This document shows, piece after piece, positions 54,201-62,443 of a stretch of DNA of 64,000 bases; position 1 is the first letter of the stretch; the number at the start of each line of letters is the position of its first letter. Under the pieces are notes generated by a model, which saw nothing but the letters and a program-made list of their open reading frames with translations, was not told where the DNA came from and made no database searches. The stretch is from the sequence record ON529852.1. One strand, written 5' to 3'. A program made the position numbers and the translations under genes.

Positions 54201-54824
54201 TTAACGCGCGATGTCTCTTTCGCCCGCCTGCCATGCGTCAGCGAGGGCGTGGACTTGCTCGGCGGACAGGCCGGGGTGCTCCATGCCGTTGGTCAGGATT
54301 TGACCGATGTCGTTGTCGTCGGGGGCGACCCGTCCGGCGGCGAGTTCGCGGGCCAGCAGGCGCAGGCCCGCCAGGGCGGCGTCGTATTCACGCGGGCTCA
54401 AGCCCAGGACGGCGGAGTCGCGGGGGTCGTTCAGTCCCTGGGCGATGACAGCCGCCTCGGCGCGGGACAGGACGCCCTGCCCCTCGACCAGGGCCAGGAC
54501 GAAGTCCGAGCGCGAGGTCTGGGTGTGCTTCAAGCTGTCGCGGTGCTCCTCCCAAAGCAGGGCGGCGTCGGACAGGCTGAGGCCGCCGCTTTGCAAGCGG
54601 TCAGTGTCGAACGCCAGGGCCAGATGCTCGGCGCGGCGCAGGGCGGCCGACAGGTGGTCGAAGTTGTCGTCGGCCTCGCCCTGGTCGATCACCTGATAGC
54701 GCGGCTTGCCGTCGTCCACGACGCCTTGCCAGTCGAGAACGCTGAAGGCGCCTACGGCGTTGTCGCGTTCGGCCTGCGTGCGCAGGTTGGCGCTGATCTC
54801 GTTGAGGTGGATGGGCGCAGGCAT
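54201..54824 (-). CDS. hypothetical protein, 207 aa
   Basis: CtrA promoter plus RBS; stop in a CtrA box. Confidence 0.8.
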   Translation of the reverse strand: MPAPIHLNEISANLRTQAERDNAVGAFSVLDWQGVVDDGKPRYQVIDQGEADDNFDHLSAALRRAEHLALAFDTDRLQSGGLSLSDAALLWEEHRDSLKHTQTSRSDFVLALVEGQGVLSRAEAAVIAQGLNDPRDSAVLGLSPREYDAALAGLRLLARELAAGRVAPDDNDIGQILTNGMEHPGLSAEQVHALADAWQAGERDIAR

Positions 54825-54880
54825 GGGGCGTCTCCCGTGTTTCGATGGTCTGACCCTACAGGACAGAAGTTAACAAGAGG

Positions 54881-55417
54881 TTAATCGGCGAAGATTTCCG
54901 ACAGGGGCGGGATGATTTTGTAGGGGATCGCCTCGACGCTGGCCTTGTTGAAGGCGGCCAGATAGGTCTTGTAGTAGCGGGCGCGTTTGCCGTCCGTCAT
55001 CAGCTTCCACTTGGTCTCGTGGCCCGGAATCCACTGCTGATTGTCAGCGGCCTCAATCGCGGCGATGAACTGGGCGACGGTCATCCCGTCGTGGTCCTGC
55101 CGGGTCGGGGAAATGCTGTTCAGTTCGTGCCAGGGGTGGTCGTCGGCGTAGTGGGCGCCGCCGCCATCGCTGGACCATGAGGCCGATTCCATCCCCAGCA
55201 GGACGGGCAGGAAGTCGTCGCCGTCGCCGGTCAACAGGGAACAGACCTTGACCGCCTGTTCCATCGTCATCAGGCCGTCCAGAATGAACTCCAGATGCTC
55301 CTTATAGTTGGAAGCGTCGCGATACATATAGGACAGGCGCGTGTTCTGCCCCGGATGGCCCGCCCAGACGGACGGGTTGATCTGATGGGGCAGGGCGGCG
55401 GGGGTCTGGGCGGTCAT
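54881..55417 (-). CDS. hypothetical phage protein, 178 aa
   Basis: CtrA promoter plus RBS; YMYRDASNYK...DDHPWHEL motif. Confidence 0.8.
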   Translation of the reverse strand: MTAQTPAALPHQINPSVWAGHPGQNTRLSYMYRDASNYKEHLEFILDGLMTMEQAVKVCSLLTGDGDDFLPVLLGMESASWSSDGGGAHYADDHPWHELNSISPTRQDHDGMTVAQFIAAIEAADNQQWIPGHETKWKLMTDGKRARYYKTYLAAFNKASVEAIPYKIIPPLSEIFAD

Positions 55418-55479
55418 GGCGTCTCCTCCATGGGTGATCTCGATTGAGACCACCCTACAGGCAAGAAGTTAACAAGAGG

Positions 55480-55962
55480 TTAATCGGCGGCGGGAACTTT
55501 GAGGTCCACGCCGAAGACGTGAACCAGTTCGCCGCTCGGCTTGCGCACGATCACGCCCAGCCACTTCTCCTCGACAAAATAGCCCGTCACCTCGGCGTCG
55601 CCGATTCGGTTGACGGCGACGCGCACGGTCGCGCCGACCTGGGGCGGTGAATCCTCGCCGGACCACAGGACAGCGCCTTCGATGCCCGGCGGAAGCAGGC
55701 GGCCGTCTTCCCAGCGCGCCAGTTCATAGGCGGGCAAGTGCGGACGCCACAGGGGCGCATAGACATCCATCAGCCACGACGGGCCGTAGGTGTTGCGGAT
55801 CGCGCGCAGGAGATTGCCCGCGTCCTCCTGCGTGTCGCCGCCGGTCGCCCACAGAATGGTCAGATGCTCTTTCCAACCGCCTTCGACCTTGGCGTATTTG
55901 TCGGCGAAGTTCAGCAGGGCGGCGGACGCCTCGGGCGTCAGGGCGGGGTAGGTGTCAGGCAT
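55480..55962 (-). CDS. hypothetical protein, 160 aa
   Basis: CtrA promoter plus RBS; stop in a CtrA box. Confidence 0.8.
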   Translation of the reverse strand: MPDTYPALTPEASAALLNFADKYAKVEGGWKEHLTILWATGGDTQEDAGNLLRAIRNTYGPSWLMDVYAPLWRPHLPAYELARWEDGRLLPPGIEGAVLWSGEDSPPQVGATVRVAVNRIGDAEVTGYFVEEKWLGVIVRKPSGELVHVFGVDLKVPAAD

Positions 55963-56136
55963 GGGGCGTCTCCCTTGTTCGATGATTCCTTGTAGCGGCG
56001 ATCTCTTAACAAGAGGTTAACGCCGTGACAAGAGCGCGCGGGCGTTAACCTTAACGCGACGTTAAGGTTAACGCCCGGCGAAAGGGAAAGACGCGCCGCC
56101 GGGGGAGACAACCCGGCGGCGCGGCAGGCGGCGGCC

Positions 56137-56697
56137 TCAGACGTCGAGGTCGCCGTATTGCGTCCCGCACTGGACGATTTCGCCGGTGGCGTCATCCCAG
56201 TGGATGCGGTTCAGGCGCAGCTTGTTGCCGGTGCGGGCGTGGGTCCATTCCACCTGACAGGTAATCATGTCGTCGAAGACCGCCGAGGGCGCGCCGTATT
56301 GCGTCCAGTCCACGCCGCCCCGGTCGTCAACCTGCTGCTTGGCGTCGGACAGGATGCGGGCCAGAACCTCGGGCATCAGGCGGCCGGGCGCCTTCTTGAG
56401 GCCGTAGGCCCCGCGTCCGTTGTTCGCCATATTGCTGAAGTTCGTGAAGTCCTGCGTGTAGTTCTCGACCTCGATCGACCCCGGCTGGGGCAGGTCAAAC
56501 ATCAGGTCCGACAGCATGTCGCCAACCGTATAGGTCTCGGTGGCGGCGTCCAGCTTGTCGGCCAGTTCGGCGCCCTCGTCGCCCGGCTGGACGTAGAGTT
56601 CGGCGCCGTCAGCGCGGCGCGCCAGGACGCCGCCCATCGAATCACGCCACGCCTTGAACGCGCCGTCGTCGCTCTCCCAGGTCGGAGCCTTGCTCAT
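56137..56697 (-). CDS. hypothetical protein, 186 aa
   Basis: ATGA coupling. Confidence 0.8.
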   Translation of the reverse strand: MSKAPTWESDDGAFKAWRDSMGGVLARRADGAELYVQPGDEGAELADKLDAATETYTVGDMLSDLMFDLPQPGSIEVENYTQDFTNFSNMANNGRGAYGLKKAPGRLMPEVLARILSDAKQQVDDRGGVDWTQYGAPSAVFDDMITCQVEWTHARTGNKLRLNRIHWDDATGEIVQCGTQYGDLDV

Positions 56698-57107
56698 GCC
56701 TCGGCCTCCTCTTCGACTTCGGCGTAGGCGCTGGGGATGCGCTGGCCGGTGTGGTCGCAGAACAGGTCCGCGTTCTCATAGTTGATTTGGGCGCCGTCGA
56801 TCCGCCAGCCGGTCGAACAATCGTTCAGGTGGTCATAGCAGACCTGGGCGAATTGTTGCTGCACCGCGTCGAACGACAGGGCGGCGCCGTCGCGGGTGAC
56901 GAAGTAGAGCGGATAGCCGCCGAGGTCCGTGAAAGGTCCGGCGCGCAGCGCGGCCTTGACCTGCTGAAGGGCCTTGATCGGGCGGGTGTCCGAGACGAGC
57001 AGCGGTTGGCGATAGCCGCAGCGCAGGGGCGGGCGCTTCGACCAGTCAGGGTCGCGCGTGTCGAAGAGGTCGCCGTGGCTGACGAAAAGGTGGGCGGGCA
57101 ATGTCAT
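56694..57107 (-). CDS. hypothetical phage protein, 137 aa
   Basis: CtrA promoter plus RBS; GGYPLYFVT.DG..L...INYEN.DL.CDH...IPSAY motif. Confidence 0.8.
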   Translation of the reverse strand: MTLPAHLFVSHGDLFDTRDPDWSKRPPLRCGYRQPLLVSDTRPIKALQQVKAALRAGPFTDLGGYPLYFVTRDGAALSFDAVQQQFAQVCYDHLNDCSTGWRIDGAQINYENADLFCDHTGQRIPSAYAEVEEEAEA

Positions 57108-57274
57108 GGGGTCTCCTCCCGTTGCTGACCCTCCCTGTATCGCACGAAGTTCTTAACAACAAGTTAACGCCGCGATTTATTTTCAGCGGGGGAGGCGGCG
57201 GCGTTAACCTTAACGCGCCGTTAAGGTTAACGCGAGCGGGTCGCAGGAAGAGAGAGGGCCGTAGCCCTCTCCCC

Positions 57275-57784
57275 TTATTGCTGCTCGACATGAGCGCGGT
57301 AATAGGCGACGCCTTCGGCCTCAGGCATCAGGTTCAGGATCACCGCCTGAGGCTGCTTCTCATGGATGACCTTGACGTGGGCGGCGAGCGGGTGCGGCGC
57401 CGTCAAGTCCATCTGGAAGATGCCGGGCGAGCCCGGTTTGGTGAAGAGGACTTTTTTCTTGATGGTGCGGCGATAGGCCTTGAGCCATTCGTGGGCGGTA
57501 ATCTCCTCGCCGATGAGCAAAGACAGGTCCATGTCGATCAGGCCCAGCCCTTCGGACAGGTCGAACTGGGGATAGGTCGCCTTGATGCGCGCCTCCAAGG
57601 CGGCGAGGTCGTCATAGGTGAATCGGCCGACCGGGTGGATGCGGTCTTCGCCGCCCTGGCCGGTGTTGGAGGCCTCGGCGAACTTCTCGCCATCGACATA
57701 GACGGTGGCGGTGTAGGCGGTCGTCTCCTCCGACAGGGACGGCATGGTCTTGAGGTTCTTGAGGGTGATGACGGGTTTCTGCAT
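57275..57784 (-). CDS. hypothetical phage protein, 169 aa
   Basis: CtrA promoter plus RBS; LKNLK....SEET.AYTA.VY.DG...A..SNTGQGG motif. Confidence 0.8.
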   Translation of the reverse strand: MQKPVITLKNLKTMPSLSEETTAYTATVYVDGEKFAEASNTGQGGEDRIHPVGRFTYDDLAALEARIKATYPQFDLSEGLGLIDMDLSLLIGEEITAHEWLKAYRRTIKKKVLFTKPGSPGIFQMDLTAPHPLAAHVKVIHEKQPQAVILNLMPEAEGVAYYRAHVEQQ

Positions 57785-57922
57785 GGCGGTCTCCTGATCC
57801 GGCGATGTCTCACCCTAGCCGCAAGGTCTTAACAAATCGTTAACGCCGGTCAGCCTCGGCGCTGCGTTAAGGTTAACGCGGTCGGGTCGCAAAAAGGCGC
57901 CCGGTCGAAGCCGGGCGCTGGT

Positions 57923-58063
57923 TCAGGCGGCGGTGCGGTAGCGGGTGTGGCCCCGGTCCCAGGCGTAGGCCTCGACCGATCCGCTCGGGTGGGGGTTGTT
58001 CCACCACTTGACGCCCCGGTGCGCGGCGGCGTAGCCCGCGCCTTCGATCTGGGCGGCGTCCAT
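57923..58063 (-). CDS. Rmf/CrpP-like small protein, 46 aa
   Basis: GAGYAAAHRG...NPHPSGS.EAYAWDRGH; TGATG coupling. Confidence 0.55.
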   Translation of the reverse strand: MDAAQIEGAGYAAAHRGVKWWNNPHPSGSVEAYAWDRGHTRYRTAA

Positions 58064-58317
58064 CAGGCGCCGATCCGGTGGGCCGGGCAGAAGCCCGACA
58101 CGACCTTGACGCGACCGCGCTTGAAGCCGGGGCGCAGGGCGCGCGCCGAGCGTTCGGCGTCGGCGGTCTTCATGTGGCCGCAGGCGCAGGATGCGCCGGG
58201 GTCGCGGGCCTTGGCCTCGCGCACCTTGTCGGCGCCGGCCTGGGTGCCGAGCCAGCCGCAAAAGGGCTCGCCGCCGACCGTGATGTGAGCGGGTTGGGTG
58301 TTAGTCATCGTCGCCAT
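58063..58317 (-). CDS. hypothetical Cys-containing protein, 84 aa
   Basis: ORF track; GAGGAGG RBS. Confidence 0.7.
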   Translation of the reverse strand: MATMTNTQPAHITVGGEPFCGWLGTQAGADKVREAKARDPGASCACGHMKTADAERSARALRPGFKRGRVKVVSGFCPAHRIGA

Positions 58318-58837
58318 CCTCCTCGTCCTGGGGCATGTCTTCGGCGTCGGTCAGGCCGGTGACGGTCCACCAGCCGAGGCCCTGGGCGTCGCCCGAGGTG
58401 TAGCCTTCACGGACCATCGTCGCCATCTGTTCCAGCGCGTCGGCCACGTCCTCGTCGGTCATGGCGTCGTGACCGTTGAAGGTGAAGGTCGGCTTGACCG
58501 TCACCGGGGCGGGGGTCGATTCGCTGTTGATCTCTTCATGATGCGTCACGCTCTCGGCGACGATCTTAGCGAGGTCGTCGCCGACCAGCATCCAGTCTTC
58601 GGCGTCGCCGTCCGGGTCATAGACGACGAAGGCGCCGGGGTATTGCGCGACGCGGGCGCGCCAGCCGATGCGCACCTCGGCGTGTTTCTCGGCGATCCAG
58701 TCTTCGCCCATTTGGGTCGCGCCCGCGTAGGCGCCGACATGGAAATTGGTCGTCATCAGTTCGCTGCGAGTGGCGACGCGCAGGCCCCACACGTCGAGGG
58801 CGGTCTGGGCTTGCGTCAGGGTCATGGCCTCGGGCAT
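58301..58837 (-). CDS. hypothetical protein, 178 aa
   Basis: GGAGA RBS. Confidence 0.8.
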   Translation of the reverse strand: MPEAMTLTQAQTALDVWGLRVATRSELMTTNFHVGAYAGATQMGEDWIAEKHAEVRIGWRARVAQYPGAFVVYDPDGDAEDWMLVGDDLAKIVAESVTHHEEINSESTPAPVTVKPTFTFNGHDAMTDEDVADALEQMATMVREGYTSGDAQGLGWWTVTGLTDAEDMPQDEEDGDDD

Positions 58838-58847
58838 CGGGGTCTCC

Positions 58848-59045
58848 TTAGAGATGGATCGCGGCGTCGAACGCCTGGGATTGCAGTTTCTTGGCGGCTT
58901 CGGCCTCGGCGGGGTAGAGCCGGGCCAGGCCGTCAAAGCGTTCTTTCTGATGCGAGCGCTCGCCCTCGGCGGCGGTCATGTGCATGACCTCGCCCCACAG
59001 GTGGGCCATTTCGAGGATCAGGACAGAGCGGCGGGAAGCGTTCAT
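58848..59045 (-). CDS. hypothetical protein, 65 aa
   Basis: CtrA promoter plus RBS. Confidence 0.75.
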   Translation of the reverse strand: MNASRRSVLILEMAHLWGEVMHMTAAEGERSHQKERFDGLARLYPAEAEAAKKLQSQAFDAAIHL

Positions 59046-59097
59046 GGCGGTCTCCTTGTTGACCTCGCCACCCTAGCAGCGAGGTCTTAACAAGAGG

Positions 59098-59583
59098 TTA
59101 ACAGCGGCGAAGCATTTCACGCATCAGGGCTTCCTCGTTGCGGGCGATGTCCAGCGCGGCGCGGTCGTGGCCCTGCTCATACGCCAGCTTGGCCTGCTGT
59201 CGGCAGATGTCCTGGCGCTTGCGGATGTCCGCCTCGGACAGGGTGCGGAACAGGGCGTCGGCCTCCTGATCGACCTTGGCGGTCCATTTCTGCTGCGATT
59301 CGTCCTCGCTTTGCAGATGGGCCGGGAAGTAGAGTTCAGCGACCTCTTGCGCAAAGAAGGTCCCGTCGTTGCCGAGCGCCTGACAGATGGCCTCGACTTC
59401 GCCGGGGGCGATCTCCTCGCAGAGCGTGGTCTTGTAGTCGCCCAGGCCGTCGCCCTCTTCGATGAAGCGCGCGATTTGAGTGAGGTCCATGGCGTCCACC
59501 TTGATCCGGTCCTGAGGATCGCGGGCGAGGTGCAGGACCGTCACGGTGACGGTGGTGCGGATGAAGGTCGGCGTGTCGGTCAT
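59098..59583 (-). CDS. hypothetical protein, 161 aa
   Basis: CtrA promoter plus RBS; stop in a CtrA box. Confidence 0.8.
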   Translation of the reverse strand: MTDTPTFIRTTVTVTVLHLARDPQDRIKVDAMDLTQIARFIEEGDGLGDYKTTLCEEIAPGEVEAICQALGNDGTFFAQEVAELYFPAHLQSEDESQQKWTAKVDQEADALFRTLSEADIRKRQDICRQQAKLAYEQGHDRAALDIARNEEALMREMLRRC

Positions 59584-59741
59584 GGGGGTCTCCCGCGTTT
59601 CGTTGCTCAGGTTCTAGCACCGATTCGTTAACAAGAGGTTAACAAGGTTCGCGGCGGCGCCGGGCGTTAACCTTAATGCGCTGTTAAGGTTAACGGCGGG
59701 CGGGCGAAAGGGACGCCCCGGCGCGAGGCCGGGGCGCGGGG

Positions 59742-59954
59742 TCAGTAGGGCCGGTCGAGGATGCGCCAGCCGGGCTTGTCGTCGGGGCCGGTCTCCGGCT
59801 CGACCTGATAGACGGTCCAGCGCTGGCCCATCGGCGATTGCAGGGCGGCGGTGGTGTCCGGGTAGGTCTTTTCGGTCACGTCGCGGTCGTCCTTGGCGAG
59901 CCAGTCGCCGACCCACGGTTCGCCGGTGCGGTGCAGCAGGTAAACGGCCCCCAT
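59742..59954 (-). CDS. hypothetical protein, 70 aa
   Basis: TGATG coupling. Confidence 0.7.
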   Translation of the reverse strand: MGAVYLLHRTGEPWVGDWLAKDDRDVTEKTYPDTTAALQSPMGQRWTVYQVEPETGPDDKPGWRILDRPY

Positions 59955-60166
59955 CAGACGACCGCCAGCAGGCGCGAGTGCGAGGTCTCGACCGAATAGG
60001 CCTCGATCTGGAGCCCCGGCAGGGCGGCGCGCAGTTCGTCGCGCACAGCGAGGGCTTCGGCGGGGTCTTCGGTGGTCAGGCGCAGTTCGCCGATCCGGCG
60101 GGCTGGGGCGCCCTCGGCGGCGCGGCGCGACAGTTCCAGCCGCAGGTCGTAGGGGGTGTCGGTCAT
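59954..60166 (-). CDS. hypothetical protein, 70 aa
   Basis: CtrA promoter plus RBS. Confidence 0.75.
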   Translation of the reverse strand: MTDTPYDLRLELSRRAAEGAPARRIGELRLTTEDPAEALAVRDELRAALPGLQIEAYSVETSHSRLLAVV

Positions 60167-60219
60167 CAGTGTCTCCCGTGATTGAGCGTCCGGTATAGCC
60201 GGAAGGTCTTAACAAATCG

Positions 60220-60591
60220 TTAACGGCTGGGTGCGCTTAGGCGGGCGATGATTTCGTCGTTCGTCATCGTGTCCATCAGGTCCTGGACCTGCCGGGCCTT
60301 GTCATCCTCGACCGCCTGGGCCGCCGCCTGGGCGCGGCGATGCTCGGCCAGCGCCGCCTTGCCGGCCTCGGTGGTCTCCGGGTCGATGGTCATGTAAAGG
60401 CTGACCTCGCGGCCCTGCCGATCCACGAAGGTCAGGCTTCCAGACGGCCGCACCTTGACGGTGAAGTGATGCTTGACCAGCCGCTCGGCGGTTTCCTGAC
60501 CGAAGTCGCCGCCGAAACTGCCGCCCGCCGCCTTGACGGTGTTGTCGCTCTTGAGCCGGGTGTGATAGCCGACGTTCTTGTAGGGGGGCAT
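60220..60591 (-). CDS. hypothetical protein, 123 aa
   Basis: AAGGAG RBS; stop in a CtrA box. Confidence 0.75.
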   Translation of the reverse strand: MPPYKNVGYHTRLKSDNTVKAAGGSFGGDFGQETAERLVKHHFTVKVRPSGSLTFVDRQGREVSLYMTIDPETTEAGKAALAEHRRAQAAAQAVEDDKARQVQDLMDTMTNDEIIARLSAPSR

Positions 60592-60601
60592 GGGGCGCTC
60601 C

Positions 60602-60940
60602 TTAGAAGGGAATGTCGTCGTCGAACGACGGGGGCGGGGCGTAGGTCTGGGCGGCGCGGGCGCGGCGGGCCGCGTCCATCTCGGCGCGCTCCTCGTCCGT
60701 CGCGCTCCAATACTCGTCGTCTTCCGGGTGCGCGCCGGGCTCGCCCTGATAATGCGGGTTGCGGACCCAAGCGTCGAACGGGTGCAACAGCCACTCACGC
60801 TCGGGGACCTCGTAGCCTTCCGAACGGGCGAAGCCCGACAGGGCCAGGCTCATGAACTCGCCTTGGCTCAGCGACTCCATCGCCAGAGCGTCTTCCTTTT
60901 CGCGGCGGGCCTCTTCGGCCATTTCGATAACGTCACGCAT
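60602..60940 (-). CDS. hypothetical phage protein, 112 aa
   Basis: CtrA promoter plus RBS; WLLHPFDAWVRNPHYQG.PG.HPEDD motif. Confidence 0.8.
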   Translation of the reverse strand: MRDVIEMAEEARREKEDALAMESLSQGEFMSLALSGFARSEGYEVPEREWLLHPFDAWVRNPHYQGEPGAHPEDDEYWSATDEERAEMDAARRARAAQTYAPPPSFDDDIPF

Positions 60941-61120
60941 CGGCGTGTCTCCTTGTGAGCCACCCTTATGCCATCCAGAAGTTAACAACAAGTTAACGCC
61001 GACGCTTTTCTGGATTTTTCTTCGGGCGGCGGCTCCGGGCGTTAACCTTAACAGCCTGTTAAGGTTAACGCGACCCGGTCGCAGGTGAAATCCGGTGTCC
61101 CAGGGTGGGACACCGGCCTT

Positions 61121-61189
61121 TCAAAAGGTGAGCAGGATGACCAGCAGGGCCAGAAAGAGGCGGGAGGCTCCGGCCAGCTTGTCGATCAA
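61121..61189 (-). CDS. possible hydrophobic peptide, 22 aa
   Basis: TTGA overlap; RLFLALLVILLTF. Confidence 0.35.
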   Translation of the reverse strand: MIDKLAGASRLFLALLVILLTF

Positions 61190-61785
61190 GAGCGGTCGGC
61201 CAGCGCGCGACGGTTCAGCGCCGCCAGCAGGTCGTCCACCAGAAGCTTGTGAAGGCGACGCTTTTCAGGATCGCCCTCGTCCCGCAGCGGTACGTCCACC
61301 AGAGGCGTGGCCTCGGCATCGTAGGCGAAGATGATTTCGGTCACGCCTTGCGCCTCTTGGGCGTAGTAGGCGGGCTGGATGAAGGCGACAGGACGACCGT
61401 CGCGAGTGACTTCGCCGCTCAGGGCGGCATCGAAGGCGCCGGCTATGTAGGTCTTGATGGCGTCGCGGTCCTTACCGCTCACCTTCAAATCGAAGCCTGA
61501 CGTCAGCGAGGGGGTTACGGTCACGACGTGTTCCGTCCAGCCGTCATAGCCGCCGCTGGCGTCCATGTGGTGATAGGATGTCAGGAAGACCAGCTTGGAC
61601 GGCGTCGAGCGGTCCAGATCAAGCGTGGTCCCCGCATCGAAGCCCGATCCGCTGGGCATGGCTTCCTTGACCATCGCCGTGAGCCTGTCGGTGTGGCGGT
61701 CCAGCCATTCCGTGTTGTCGGTGGCGATGCAGGTCAGGCGCGCTTGCACCAGCGTCGCCAGAGCGACATAGAGAGGACGGATCAT
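61186..61785 (-). CDS. hypothetical phage protein, 199 aa
   Basis: CtrA promoter plus RBS; PSGSGFDAG...YHHMD..G.YDGWTEH.V.V.PSL motif. Confidence 0.8.
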   Translation of the reverse strand: MIRPLYVALATLVQARLTCIATDNTEWLDRHTDRLTAMVKEAMPSGSGFDAGTTLDLDRSTPSKLVFLTSYHHMDASGGYDGWTEHVVTVTPSLTSGFDLKVSGKDRDAIKTYIAGAFDAALSGEVTRDGRPVAFIQPAYYAQEAQGVTEIIFAYDAEATPLVDVPLRDEGDPEKRRLHKLLVDDLLAALNRRALADRS

Positions 61786-61938
61786 CAGGGTCTCCTTTGT
61801 GTGTTCCGAGGCTGCAATCTACCCGACAAGGTCTTAACAAAAAGTTAACAGCAGCGCAATCGCTTTTCTTCGCGGCGTTAACCTCTTGTTAACTTCTTCG
61901 TGGGATAAGGGTCAGGTCAACAACACAGGAGATCGCCG

Positions 61939-62184
61939 ATGGGCGAAGTCATCCCGCACCGCGTCTGGCATCACAAGCCGTCAGGCCGCACCGCCAGCAT
62001 CTTCGGCGCCGTCCCTTGGGTCTCGGCGGCGCAAGAGTCCGAATGGGAACGGGTCACGGTCGGCTGGACCGTCCGCCACCCGGACGGCACGACCGGGGTC
62101 GGTCGCTTCGCCTTCGAGACGAAGGACGAGGCGCAGGCTTGGGTCGATAAGAATCCCAACTTCCCCGGCATGAGCCAAGGCTAG
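61939..62184 (+). CDS. hypothetical protein, 81 aa (only + strand cassette)
   Basis: + strand CtrA box at 61878-61892, CAGGAG RBS, GCAA-loop hairpin after the stop. Confidence 0.85.
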   Translation: MGEVIPHRVWHHKPSGRTASIFGAVPWVSAAQESEWERVTVGWTVRHPDGTTGVGRFAFETKDEAQAWVDKNPNFPGMSQG

Positions 62185-62443
62185 TCACAGGGGCGTCGGT
62201 CGCAAGGCCGGCGCCCTTCGTCGTTGCGACCCGCTCGCGTTAACCTTAACAGAGCGTTAACCTTAATGCCCCTGCCCGCTCCAGGGGTATGACCGGGTAG
62301 GACCAGGTATGACCGGGTCATACCGGCGCGGATTCCCACTGAAAATCACCCAAATTCGCCGAATTGCGCCCGAAATCGCCGGATTTTGACCCTAAAACGC
62401 TGTTTTTGCTCGATTTTTCGGTATTTCAGGCCCGGCGGCGGCC

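Larger units (their letters stand above)
26492..61892. promoter_or_regulatory. dispersed family of about 50 CtrA-box promoters (TTAA-N7-TTAA, typically minus-strand GTTAACCTCTTGTTAAC-N8-GCTAGGGT)
   Basis: Box upstream of nearly every transcription unit (e.g. 26492, 28400, 33088, 38360, 46828, 54870, 59087, 61834) at a fixed distance from a -10-like element and a GGAGA RBS; no full box seen by eye in 1-26 kb. Confidence 0.9.

Noticed and set aside
26200-62184. Integron cassette array
   Set aside because: No integrase in the window and no attC-type structure; the repeats are promoters and terminators.
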